A DNA stretch of 64,000 bases from the human T2T-CHM13v2.0 reference genome, Homo sapiens. The stretch lies in NCBI RefSeq assembly GCF_009914755.1, contig NC_060940.1; one strand, given 5' to 3'. This document shows, one piece after another, positions 1-12,005 of this stretch. The notes beneath the pieces are model-generated. The model made no database searches and was not told where the DNA came from. It saw only the letters and a program-made list of their open reading frames with translations. The stretch's first letter is position 1. The number at the start of each line of letters is the position of its first letter. The position numbers and the translations under genes are program-made.

Positions 1-544
1 TTAATTCCTCTGCTGTTATGAATGGGGATCCATAAGAGAAACGCTAAGAGAAAAAAGCCCCTGTCTGAAAATTAAGCATCAGACCACTTGGATGACTTTT
101 CAGTTTCATTTACAGTAGCAAAGGACAAACTCACACAAATAGGACCATTTGGGAATATATGACCAGGCGGAACTCAGACCAAAAACTTGACAAATTCCAA
201 TTTGTCTCAACCAATACTATTTTACCTATGGCCTCCCCTGCCGCAAAAGAAGGGTTTAGGGCGGGTCTTTCCATTTGTGCACTCGAGTGGCTTTCCAGCT
301 TCACATGCCTGGGATATAAAGGCCAAGGTGGGGGACTCAATCCTCATAACTTGGAAGAGCACCACATGGTGGACAGTACACTGGAGTGGGTGACTAATCC
401 CAGCTCTGTGAACACCTTGTGGCTAGACGTCCACAACCATCTCTCCAACAGCCATCTGACACTGTGGGAACAGTAGCAGTGGCGGCTGCAGCAGCAATCG
501 CTCCCTTGTATTTAATACTTACTATAGCTTAGGCAGGTAAACAC

Positions 545-695
545 TTCCTAGGCATCATCTTGAACGTCACACTAACTGCATGAGGTCAACAATACTATCC
601 CCATTTTCTAATGAGGAAACTGAGATACTGAGATTATAATGCTGGGAACAGGCAGAGCTAGGATTTGAACTCAAGTCTGTGCTCTTTATCACAAT
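545..695 (-). mobile_element. MIR SINE fragment
   Basis: ccccattttctaatgaggaaactgag...ggatttgaactcaagtct is the reverse complement of the MIR core. Confidence 0.75.
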
Positions 696-1440
696 ATTGT
701 TAATTAAATAAGATAAATGCTACAAGGGCCTACAAAGCAGCACACACGCCAGGGAGAAACCAAATCTGCTTAGCTATGGCCTGGCGAGCTCATATGGTCC
801 CTGCTCAGTAATCAAAGACATGGTAGGCTAAGCCAGGGCTGCATTTCCACAGGTGTACATGTTGCCTTTTATCATGTTTCCCAAAGGGACACCAGGCTCA
901 CAAAGAAACAATTGTGAATGGCCATGAATTCCTGGCGATCTCAACTCCCACAAAGCACAAACATCGCTGCTGCTCATAGGCTCCATCAGCGGCAGCAACG
1001 TTCGTCTGGGGACACAGGTTACCACACTGAACACAGCACTCTGGGGAGGCCAGGGTGCGGACAAGAAAGCAGGCAGGAGATTAAGTGATTGGATCGAAGG
1101 AAAGCTTGTAAGGAGCAAGAGTCACAGATGGACCCCAAACTTCTGAGTCCAATACGGTGCCACCTCTATGCAGGCCTCCTGCACAGGGACTCTGTTCCCC
1201 TGAAGCCTCTCTAGGGCTGGCCTCCAGTGAACAGACATCATGTGACCCAGCAGGTCAAGGTCAGAAAACAGGAGGAGTTGGGGCAAGTGAGGACCACTGG
1301 TGTTTATTTTTAGTCTTATTTATATTGGGATTAAGGTAAGAAAAATAACAGAATGGCTGGGTTTCCTACCTCAAAAATATAATAAAAGCACAAAGTGAGG
1401 TGGCAGGCCCATTAACCCACTCATCTGCTTCCTCCCACAG

Positions 1441-1800
1441 GTGCTGTGGGCGCCTGTACTCTCTCTGTCACACAACCGTGGTACCTAGAAGTGGACTACA
1501 CTCATGAGGCCGTCACCATAAAGTGTACCTTCTCCGCAACCGGATGCCCTTCTGAGCAACCAACATGCCTGTGGTTTCGCTACGGTGCTCACCAGCCTGA
1601 GAACCTGTGCTTGGACGGGTGCAAAAGTGAGGCAGACAAGTTCACAGTGAGGGAGGCCCTCAAAGAAAACCAAGTTTCCCTCACTGTAAACAGAGTGACT
1701 TCAAATGACAGTGCAATTTACATCTGTGGAATAGCATTCCCCAGTGTGCCGGAAGCGAGAGCTAAACAGACAGGAGGAGGGACCACACTGGTGGTAAGAG
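1441..1800 (+). CDS. IGSF6: IGSF6 (DORA) exon 2, Ig V-set domain
   Basis: Acceptor cctcccacag at 1440, donor GTCAGT at 1801; encodes [19 protein letters not shown]...KC...LWFR...DSAIYIC...GGGTTLVVR, recognised as IGSF6; 360 nt, phase 1-1. Confidence 0.97.
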
Positions 1801-1979
1801 GTCAGTCAGCGAGGCTTTATTTCAGTGCATCATTGCATCTTGTTCAGGCCTGTAAAATCATTACCTCACTCACATGTAGAAATCAGGAGATAAATTTGCT
1901 AAGTTAATACCCTAGCCAGTGATGGGTGTGATCTGAACACAAGTCACCATGAGGTTTGGACTAAAGAACTACTCCAACT

Positions 1980-2272
1980 GGCTGGGCATGGTGGCTCACA
2001 CCTGTAATCCCAGCACTTTGAGGCTGAGGTGGACGAATCACTTGAGGTCAGGAGTTCAAGACTAGCCTGGCCAACATGGTGAAACCCCATCTCTACTCAA
2101 AATACAAAAATTAGCCGCGCATGGTGGCATGCACCTGTAGTCCCAGCTGCTTGGGAGGTTGAGGCAGGAGAATCGCTTGTAACCCAGGAGGCGAAGGTTG
2201 CAGTGAACCGAGATCGCACTACTGCACTCCAGTCTGGGCAACAAAGCAAGACTCCATCTCAGAAAAACAAAA
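1980..2272 (+). mobile_element. Alu (S-type)
   Basis: Full dimer, TSD aaagaactactccaa on both sides. Confidence 0.95.
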
Positions 2273-3458
2273 GAACTACTCCAATCCATCTCGAACATCC
2301 ACTAACACAAAGTCAGTGATTTGCTGGGTGCTCTATTCTCCCTACATGGTGATGTTTAACCAACCATGTTCACCTCTTTTGTATATTACAGTGATTTAGT
2401 GTAAAGTACCATGTCCAAAGGGAACCTTGTGGTGAGTAACTATCAGCTTTCTCAGGAACTAGTCTGGTAATGCACCACCTAGAACAAAGCACTAGAGAAG
2501 TGTAAAAGATCAATAAATTGGACCCACAGAAACTATGCAACATGGAGAATAAGCACAGATTTGGAGAGAAGCTACTCAGGGATCCCTGACCCTTCCCATT
2601 CTGCCTGGACATCAGTGAACGGAAAGTGATGACTCTCACTTCCTGAGATTTGATAAAACCCATGACAATTCCTCAGCCGAGCGAGGACATCAAACATAGC
2701 TAAATCCTATCAGTAATTTCACCAAGTCATTCCCTTGAGTAAACTGAGATTAAGACATTCCCGAGAAAAAAAAAAGGGGGAATTTCAGAGAAAAAGCTTT
2801 ACATGATTCTGAAGGAAAAAAGAGAACAGCAGCAACTCCTCGCCTTGTTGGGGTCTCTTCCCTTAGGAAGGACCCTGGTATGATGAGCAGAGATTGTTAA
2901 AACATGAACTCAAAATCAACCAGCCCTTCGATTTCAAAATAGGACTCTGAGGAAGGGAGACCATCCAGTATTATAACCTGTGCTTTTAAACTACGAGGGT
3001 TCTAATGGGCTTTTGATATTCAAATGTCATTTAACCTTAGTTTATTCTCATCTGTCAGCTAAATTATAAATAAGTTAAGGCACTTAAAGCATTTTTAATA
3101 GTGCCTGGCATATAGCAAATAACAAATGTTAGCTACTGATATGAAAACACACACAGCTTTAGAGATTTGTATGTCTCACTGCATTAGCCTTCTAAAAACA
3201 TGTTAGTCAAAGGGAAAAATGGCTTGTAAAAAGATGAAGGTCTCAAAGCTGCAAGGCTTATATAAAGTGAAGTGAAAGTGAAAGGCAGAATTGAAAGTGT
3301 TAAGGCAGACATGGCAACTTCCTGTCTCTTCTACAGAACTCCTATTTTCACACTGAAGCTTTTTTATTTTAGTTGTATAGATGTGGTTAATTTGTTAGTT
3401 TCACAAATAAAAATGTATGCTGCATAAACTGCATTCACAGGATAAGCATCTATGGGAT

Positions 3459-3763
3459 TTTTCTTTCTTTTTTTTTAAGACAAGAGTCTTGCTCTGTCGC
3501 CCGGGCTGGAGTGCCGTGGCGTGATCTCAGCTCACTGCAACCAACCTCCACCTTCCGGGTTCAAGCGATTCTCCTGCCTCAACCTCCTGAGTAGCTGGGA
3601 TTACAGGCATGTGCGACCACGCCCAGCTAATTTTGGTATTTTTAGTAGAGATGGGGTTTCGCCATGTTGGCCAGGCTGGTGTCAAACTCCTGATCTCAAG
3701 TGATCTGCCCACCTCGGCCTCTCAAAGTGCTGGGATTACAGGCATGAGCCATCACACTCAGTC
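3459..3763 (-). mobile_element. Alu
   Basis: polyT then reverse Alu, TSD catctatgggat. Confidence 0.95.
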
Positions 3764-4537
3764 TCATCTATGGGATATTTAGTTGGAAAGTACAGGCTAT
3801 TCAGACAGTAAGTACAAATCTAATTGTATTTTGTACTCCAAATAGTCAGGTAATTGAAGACATGGCATGTTACTTAATCCCTACCCAGAGCACAAGACAA
3901 TTTCTGCAAGGAGAGAGAAATTCCGAATGTGAAAATGGATTCAATAACTCTATTTCCAGAATTTTATCATAAAGAAAGAAGAGCACATTTGGCAAAAGTG
4001 CCTGTCTTTCAAGCACGCAGTGAGCACTGCGCTCCTCAATGTATGGCCTTCCCAGGTTCTTTCACAGATGGGACTCTTCAGCTATGTGTACTAGTTCCAA
4101 GGCTATAAATATCACCCTTAACAAATACATATGAAAATATCTTAACCACATAGGCAGACTCTTGATGATACTGGTAAACCGTTTCTACCAAAAGAGATTT
4201 TAGATGCCCTTGAACAAACTGTCTGGAAATGTTTATCTAACTTCAAATAATCCTTTATCTAAAAAGTGATGCTTAGCAATATGACAAATGGTTGGTTGAA
4301 TTTTTTTAATGTTTAAAAACGAGTAACATTTTTGGTTTAACACATTTAAAGAACTGATGAACTGGCTTTAACTATTACATACTTGAGTACCTTTTGAGGT
4401 CTAGTTTTTATACGAATAGGCAAGCAGAGTAAGTTCACGTTTCACCTCTAAAACGCAGTGTGAAGGATACTTTACACATGTATTTGAAAGAATAGGCTTT
4501 AATAGTCAATGTGCTTCTTTCTGTTTTTGTCATTAAG

Positions 4538-4644
4538 AAATTAAGCTGCTCAGCAAGGAACTGCGGAGCTTCCTGACAGCTCTTGTATCACTGCTCTCTG
4601 TCTATGTGACCGGTGTGTGCGTGGCCTTCATACTCCTCTCCAAA
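4538..4644 (+). CDS. IGSF6: IGSF6 exon 3, transmembrane helix
   Basis: Acceptor ctgtttttgtcattaag, donor GTAAGT; (E)[35 protein letters not shown]; 107 nt, frame continues from exon 2. Confidence 0.96.
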
Positions 4645-5335
4645 GTAAGTCAAATCCTCTTGCATGGAATGTCCCTATATCCTTGAATATTATCAAAAGA
4701 AAAATAATTTCTATCTCTCCACAAGTTATGGGCCTCAGCAAGAGCTCCCTAATTAACATTTTCCTGTGCATCTGCAGGGAACACCACCTGCAGAAGAGGT
4801 CTTTGGAAGAAGGCATCATACATTCTCATCACTGAAATTATTAGCCAGGGGACATAGTTTGCTGTTTTCTCTTTAAAGCCCAGTAGCATGGGATTAAGAA
4901 GAGAGCCATCCACTATGCTATCTTTCTGCTGTAGGGGTGAGGTGTGGGCAGGTGGAGGGCGAGATATTACTGTTATCTACGAAAGCCTTAAGAACAGTCT
5001 TTAAGAACAAAAATGGGTTGATGAAGAAACTAAAAGCCGCCTTAAAATCTTCAAAAAGGGCTAAAGTTATTAAAAAAGAATACCTTTTGGCTATGTGTAT
5101 AAGAAGGGAGATGTATACCATTGTGTTAGGATTACTATAAATCCTACAATCAACGTCAGTTTGTTCAATTAGTTTTTAATGGAGTAAAAGCATCTCAAAA
5201 ATGATGTAAAAATTAAGTCTCATTGTATATCACTTAAATATTAAGTTAGTTTAATCTTATTAGGGCATGAGATATCTGCCACCATTGTTATGAGTACATA
5301 AAATGTTTCATAGACTTTCCTTCTCTTCTTGGCAG

Positions 5336-5386
5336 TCAAAATCCAACCCTCTAAGAAACAAAGAAATAAAAGAAGACTCACAAAAG
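5336..5386 (+). CDS. IGSF6: IGSF6 exon 4, cytoplasmic tail
   Basis: Acceptor ttctcttcttggcag, donor GTACAG; SKSNPLRNKEIKEDSQK; 51 nt. Confidence 0.95.
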
Positions 5387-5779
5387 GTACAGACCAACAC
5401 TTGAAAAATATTTTTTAAATTGTGGCTGGTTGTAACGATTTCAAAACTGAAATATTTTTTAGCTTTTAAATATTTAAATGTTAAGTTTAAACAGAATATC
5501 AAGGTAACTTTCAACTGCAGACACTATTTCCTATTGTTGAGAAACTCAATGACAAAATAATCTCAAGGGGTAAACTGTGACTTAAATTGGACAGTTCTCA
5601 ACCATAAATTATATTTAAAGTTCTCAAATACAAAAGAGTTAACTGTAGGCACATATGTGTTGGGGGAGGGGGTAGTTTTTGGGACCGGTGGCAATAGAGC
5701 AAGAAAAGTTCTGATGATGCGTCGTTATCATCGCTTATATTCCCAAAAGAGAATTTTTTTTTCTCATTTGTCTTTATAG

Positions 5780-5860
5780 AAGAAGAGTGCTCGGCGTATT
5801 TTTCAGGAAATTGCTCAAGAACTATACCATAAGAGACATGTGGAAACAAATCAGCAATCT
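5780..5860 (+). CDS. IGSF6: IGSF6 exon 5, cytoplasmic tail
   Basis: Acceptor ttgtctttatag, donor GTAAGT; [27 protein letters not shown]; 81 nt. Confidence 0.95.
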
Positions 5861-6532
5861 GTAAGTGTAAAATGTCAAAAAAAAATGTAAATACAGATAT
5901 AAAGCACGTTTGAAAAAACTAAGCTGCCAAGGAGCTGTCAAGAACCATGTTTTCCTTCAGAAGAGTCTGAAAGAGAACTTTCACAAGAATGTATTTTTAT
6001 ATAGAACCTGTTTTAATAAATACATAACAAAAGACATCTGATACAATATTAAATAGCCCCAGGCTGGCATCTTAGTGACATGGAAACTTTCAGAAACACA
6101 TTAGACACGAGCAATGTTTTCAATACAGACAATGATGCTTTAAAAGGATAGATTAAAAGCTACTCTGTACAGTATCCTGCATGCAGTGGTAGGCGTTCAG
6201 TAGATACTGCAAATGTTTGTGGGTCAAATTATGAAAAAAAATTACTTGTTACTTATAAGGCAAAAATAAATTCACATTAGAAAAGATGCAGCTAATGATA
6301 TTAAAAAACAAGTATTTCTCCAGTGTCTGGAGTTGAACTGAAAAGAATACATGTATATCTATAATACATCCTGAAAGTATTCCTTTAAAGTCTTATATAA
6401 ACAGGTTCTTCAAACAAAATATTATCTTAATGCCAATAGAACAGATACTTTGTTTCCATGATGCATGATGAGATAGCTCAAATAAGCTAAAATGTATACA
6501 AAATAAGGTTAATTTATTTTTATTTATTTTTT

Positions 6533-6640
6533 AAAATTTATGGAATGCTTCACAAATTTGCATGTCATCTTTGTGTAGGGGCCATGCTAATCTTCTCTGT
6601 ATCATTCCAATTTTAGTGTAAGTGCTGCCAAAGCGAGCAC
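6533..6640 (-). pseudogene. U6 snRNA processed pseudogene (copy 1)
   Basis: Reverse complement reads GTGCTCGCTTTGGCAGCAC...ACAGAGAAGATTAGCATGGCCCCT...; full length, decayed A tail, imperfect TSD aaaataag(g/c)t(t/g)aa. Confidence 0.95.
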
Positions 6641-6772
6641 AAAATAAGCTGAACTGATAAACTAGTAAAGATATTTTCCTCTTAAACAGCAGCCAAGAGG
6701 GCAAATGCATCAGGAGACTGAAATAAGGCGATTTTTTTAAGTCCAACTTTTACTTTAATTGTTTTCTTTTTA

Positions 6773-6880
6773 AAAAAATATGGAACGCTTCACGAACTTG
6801 TGTGTCATCCTTGCCCAGGGGCCATGCTAATCTTCTCTATATTGTTCCAATTTTAGTGTATGTGCTGCCAAAGCAAGCGC
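6773..6880 (-). pseudogene. U6 snRNA processed pseudogene (copy 2)
   Basis: Second full-length U6 copy ending GTGAAGCGTTCCATATTTTT, decayed A tail, imperfect TSD aa(g/a)tc(c/t)aacttt. Confidence 0.95.
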
Positions 6881-7340
6881 TAAAAATCTAACTTTCACAA
6901 AGGATTTTTGCCAAGGAAAGAATATTGTCTAAGTAGTCGTTTCATCCTACAGTGTATATATGAATACATAAAGATAGGTGGTCTAATTACTAAGATGCCA
7001 TGCTGAGTAATTACAAATCATTTTTCTTTCTGAGGCTGGGACATGTTTTCAACAACAAGGCCGAGGTATGTGGCCTGAAAGCAGTCTTAGAAGTGAGAAT
7101 TGTAAAGCTCCCAGCCACGATTTTGACAGTAGCATCCAAACAAAAAAAAAAAGTATTTTTCAGTTCCCACATCCTACTCTAAATACGGATGGGGAAAACG
7201 GTAATCTGGCCTTTAAGATTACCATATGGACACTTAGGACCCAGAATCCAAGATGGCCCAGTGGTTTGCATGTTCCTTGGCAGTTGGCTTCATTGGTTAC
7301 ATAACCTTAAACATGGCTTTCTATTTATTTATTATTGCAG

Positions 7341-7400
7341 GAGAAAGATAACAACACTTATGAAAACAGAAGAGTACTTTCCAACTATGAAAGGCCATAG
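7341..7400 (+). CDS. IGSF6: IGSF6 exon 6 coding part (last exon)
   Basis: Acceptor attattgcag; EKDNNTYENRRVLSNYERP then TAG at 7398-7400. Confidence 0.96.
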   Translation, partial: EKDNNTYENRRVLSNYERP

Positions 7401-7491
7401 AAACGTTTTAATTTTCAATGAAGTCACTGAAAATCCAACTCCAGGAGCTATGGCAGTGTTAATGAACATATATCATCAGGTCTTAAAAAAA

Positions 7492-7497
7492 AATAAA
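7492..7497 (+). terminator. IGSF6: Candidate IGSF6 polyadenylation signal
   Basis: First AATAAA after the stop codon; an ATTAAA follows at 7778-7783. Confidence 0.5.
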
Positions 7498-8057
7498 GGT
7501 AAACTGAAAAGACAACTGGCTACAAAGAAGGATGCCAGAATGTAAGGAAACTATAACTAATAGTCATTACCAAAATACTAAAACCCAACAAAATGCAACT
7601 GAAAAATACCTTCCAAATTTGCCAAGAAAAAAAATTCTATTTTAAACTTGTATCCTGAGTCTGTTTCATTCAACATGAGATGTGTGATGACTGCCATCCT
7701 GAAGATCTGAAGCCAAACCATGTGCCTCAGTCTTGAGTGGAAGAATCACCTTTATGGTTTGTGGAAATCATGGCACAATTAAAATAAGTTGGGAGGGACA
7801 ACGTGACAAAATTTGAGTTAGAGACATTCATTTTGAAAAGCACCTTAGTAAAGTTATTTCCTCTGATGTTGTAATGGGGCAGTGGGGTAACGCACATTTG
7901 CCTGCCAGGGTATGCAAAGTAACTTACATCATGCTATCAGCAAAATGAGAATAATATAGTGGCTAGAGTAAGACCATAAAAGCCAAAATACAGAAAATCC
8001 AAAGCTGAAGGTTAAACAGAGGTAACTTCAGAACAAATAAGCCACAACGGACTCTAG

Positions 8058-8462
<405 letters not shown>

Positions 8463-8696
8463 GTCTATAATACTGATTTTTAACCAATTTAGGAGGGAAA
8501 TGTCAGATAGGAGGCATGGTACAAGGATATTTATGGAATTCATTACCACTTCACTAAGAAAACATGATATAAATTGTCCTTTGAAAGCTACTTTGGTATA
8601 AAAAAATCTAAAGTGCCCATAAGTATGCATTCATTATTAGACACAAATTACAACCTTACAACCTACTATGTTTATTTCATTAAAGTGTCTCTTTTA

Positions 8697-9012
8697 GGCC
8701 GGGTGTGGTGGCTCACGCCTGTAATCCCAACACTTTGGGAGGCTGAGGCAGGTGAATCATGAGATCAGGAGTTCGAGACCAGCCTGAACAACATGATGAA
8801 ACCCGTCTCTACTAAAAATACAAAAAAATTTAGCGGGGTTTGGTGGCACACACCTGTAATCCCAGCTATTTGGGAGGCTGAGGCAGGAGATCACTTGAAC
8901 CCAGGATGCGGAGGTTGCAGTGAGCTGAGATCACGCCACTGCACCCCAGCCTAGGTGACAGAGCAAGACTGTCTCAAAAATAAATAAATAAATAAATAAA
9001 TAAATAAAATAA
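8697..9012 (+). mobile_element. Alu with (AAAT)n tail
   Basis: Full dimer, TSD taaagtgt(c/t)tctttta. Confidence 0.95.
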
Positions 9013-10089
9013 AGTGTTTCTTTTAAACTGGTATTGCCTAAGGTGTATTCTTTATAAAACTTAGAATTGTTAAATATTTTAAGATTCCTTTGAAAGTGTT
9101 TTTGCATTGATGGTTTAAATCAGTGATATCAAACTTTCCTGATCCTATGTGCCCAGAAAAATGGGCAGGGGAAAGGAGGCAGCATGGAACCTCATTTTTT
9201 TGTGTGTATCTGTGTGTACACGTGAGTGCACATGTGTATATGTGTGGGGCCACATGTGTTTTGTATACGGTATATGCATGAAAATGTACCTTTGTACCTT
9301 ATACACAAAAACAAATTAAACAATGGCATAAGCAGCAATATAAATAAAAAATGCTAATACTTTCCTGCCATATTCCAAAATAAACTGTCTTGTGTACTCT
9401 GCAGTGTGTACTTCCCCACTCTGAGACCACTAGCTCAGGTAAAGTAATGAGCTTCTAAGCCAGACTGCAAAAAAGGGCAAGCACTAATACCATCGAAATG
9501 AACAGAAGTGTTGAATTCGATCATTTGCTTTTCATTTCTGGGAGTCATTACATTTTGGTACTGAATTCCAGGACTGAAAATACACTGTTCATTGTCTAAC
9601 CAGGAGACAAAATCCCTCAGATAAACTAGTATTTGACTCACAATATGCCTTTCCCATGTAAGCAAGGACCGTGTTTCAAAGATTGATTTTGAAGCTGAAA
9701 TACGGAATATACTTTCGCAAAGAGTTCCATTCCTCTAGGTCTTATATAAGAATATCTGGTGTATACACAGTATTCATTCATTTATTCATCTATCTCACCA
9801 AAAGTATATATTTTCAAACTTCAAAATAAGTTTTATTTGGGAAGAGTTTCTTATTTTGTTAAAGCTACAAGCAAGTTTCTTTCCCAATTACACTTCTAGA
9901 GATCTTAGCAGTTTCAGAGATTTCAGTGTTCAAAAGTATATTTCAAAATTAACAACAAAACCAAACCCACACCAAAAGGAAATAGCTTTGAGATTAGTTT
10001 GGGATGTACAGTCATTGATTTCAGGCGCCAACACTATTTACTGAGTGCTACACTATACAATCAAAGGCCTCTTTTGCAAACTATCCTCG

Positions 10090-10425
10090 GGTCATACTGA
10101 ACTTGCTCCACCCCCACACAAACCTTACTCACACCTTCATGCTTTTGCACATGCTGTTCCCCTCAGCCTGGTAAAATGCTTCAGACTACAAACACAGCTC
10201 ACCTCAACATGAAACCTTCCCTAACTCACCCACAGGCTAACAGATCTATTCGTCTCTAATTCTTCAGTACTTAGTTTGACATATTTCTTACCACAATTTC
10301 CTGCCATTATCTGTTTCTATCTATATTGTGTACTATTCTGTGTTTTAAGAGCAAAAGCGTGATTCTCATTTATCTTTATATTTCCACTTGGTACACAGTA
10401 GGCCCTCAAATGCCTTCTATAAATG
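10090..10425 (+). mobile_element. Probable L2 3' fragment
   Basis: ctttgcacatgctgttccc...tggtacacagtaggccctcaaat resembles the L2 3' end. Confidence 0.5.
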
Positions 10426-10599
10426 CAATTGAACAATGTTTCTATAGAAAAATGTTCCTTCAGCATTTAAATTGAGATATGTAGCATACTTCAGTCCCTC
10501 ACCATGAAGCTTCACCCCTTTCCATAAAGACCATTCAACAAACCCCAACAGTACTAATTGTCCTGCTATCTGAGCATCCAGAAAAGAATTAAACTGCAA

Positions 10600-10898
<299 letters not shown>

Positions 10899-10967
10899 TA
10901 AGCTGTAACTTTCTGTTTAGATTTGGGTTTCCTATGACAATTAAAAAAGAATTAATACTGAAACAAC

Positions 10968-11018
10968 TTGTTTTACTTCGAGCTGCAAAAACAAATTACC
11001 ATAGACTGAGTGGCTTAT
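10968..11018 (-). mobile_element. MLT1A-like MaLR LTR, left part (split by HERV9)
   Basis: acaaattaccatagactgagtggcttat matches MLT1 and continues at 19474. Confidence 0.7.
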
Positions 11019-11984
11019 TGAGAGGTGACAATGTGCTAGCAGCCCTCGCTCGCTCTCAGCGCCTCCTCGGCCTCGGTGTCCGCTCTGACCGCACTCAAGG
11101 AGCACTTCAGCCCGCCGCTGTGCTGTGGGGACCCCTCTCTGTGGCTGGCCGAGGCCGGACTGGCTCTCTGCTCGCGGGGAAGTGTGGAGGGAGAGGCACG
11201 GGCAGGAGCCGGGCTGCGCGCAGCGCACGCGGGCCAGCACAGGTTCCGGGTGTGTACGGGCTCAGCAGGCCCAGCACTCGGTGCCACTGGCTGGTGCCTG
11301 CTGGGCTTAATCAGGGGACAAGCTCCCTCTGGGCTGCTGGAGTGCCCAGGCTAGGTGCCACAAAGTCCCGCAGCCAGTGCCATTGAGAGGTGAAGCTGGC
11401 TGGGCTTCTGAGTCGGGTGGGGACCTGGAGAACTTTTCTGTCTAGCTAAAGGTTTGTAAATGCACCAATCAGCACTCTGTGTCTACTTAAAGGTTTGTAA
11501 ACGCACCAATCAGTGCTCTGTGTCTAGCTAATGGTTTATAAATACACCAATCAGCGCTCTGTGTCTAGCTAGCCGGGTAGCAGACTTGGAGAACTTGTGT
11601 CTAGCTAAAGGATTCTAAACGCACCAATCAGCACTCTGTGTCTAGCTAAAGGTTTGTAAACACACAAATCAGCGCTCTGTCAAAACGGACGAATCAGTGC
11701 TCTGTAAAATGGACCAATCAGCTCTCTGTAAAATGGACCAATCAGCAGGATGTTGGTGGGGCCAGATAAGGGAATAAAAGCAGGCCAACAGAGCCAGCAG
11801 CAGCAACCCGCTCGGGTCCCCTTCCATACTGTGGAAGCTTTGTTTTTTCACTCTTCGCAATAAATCTTGCTGCTGCTCACTCTTTGGGTCCGTGCCACCT
11901 TTAAGAGCTGTAATACTCACTGCAAAGGTCTGCAGCTTCACTCCTGAAGTCAGCGAGACCAAGAACCCACCAATTCCAGACACA
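11019..11984 (+). promoter_or_regulatory. 5' LTR12: GC-rich U3, CCAAT tandem repeats, AATAAA promoter box (11773) and poly(A) signal (11859)
   Basis: Starts tgagaggtgac, ends ccagacaca; about 41-bp repeats caccaatcagcactctgtgtctagctaaaggtttgtaaa. Confidence 0.93.
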
Positions 11985-11987
11985 TTT

Positions 11988-12005
11988 TGGCGACCCAGAT
12001 GGGAC
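11988..12005 (+). other. Primer binding site complementary to tRNA-Arg 3' end
   Basis: TGGCGACCCAGATGGGAC, 3 nt after the LTR; ERV9 is primed by tRNA-Arg. Confidence 0.9.

Noticed and set aside
131-1339. Short ORFs in IGSF6 intron 1
   Set aside because: No recognisable protein similarity and no convincing paired splice sites; treated as chance ORFs, though the stretch is repeat-poor
1446-1907. 153-aa ORF as a stand-alone gene
   Set aside because: It is IGSF6 exon 2 plus intron read-through; the start is an internal GTG codon
6531-6746. 71-aa ORF ending ARFGSTYTKIGMIQRRLAWPLHKDD
   Set aside because: Conceptual translation of the U6 pseudogene
11450-11750. Regularly spaced repeats resembling a CRISPR array
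   Set aside because: Tandem CCAAT repeats of the LTR12 U3 region, no unique spacers, eukaryotic context
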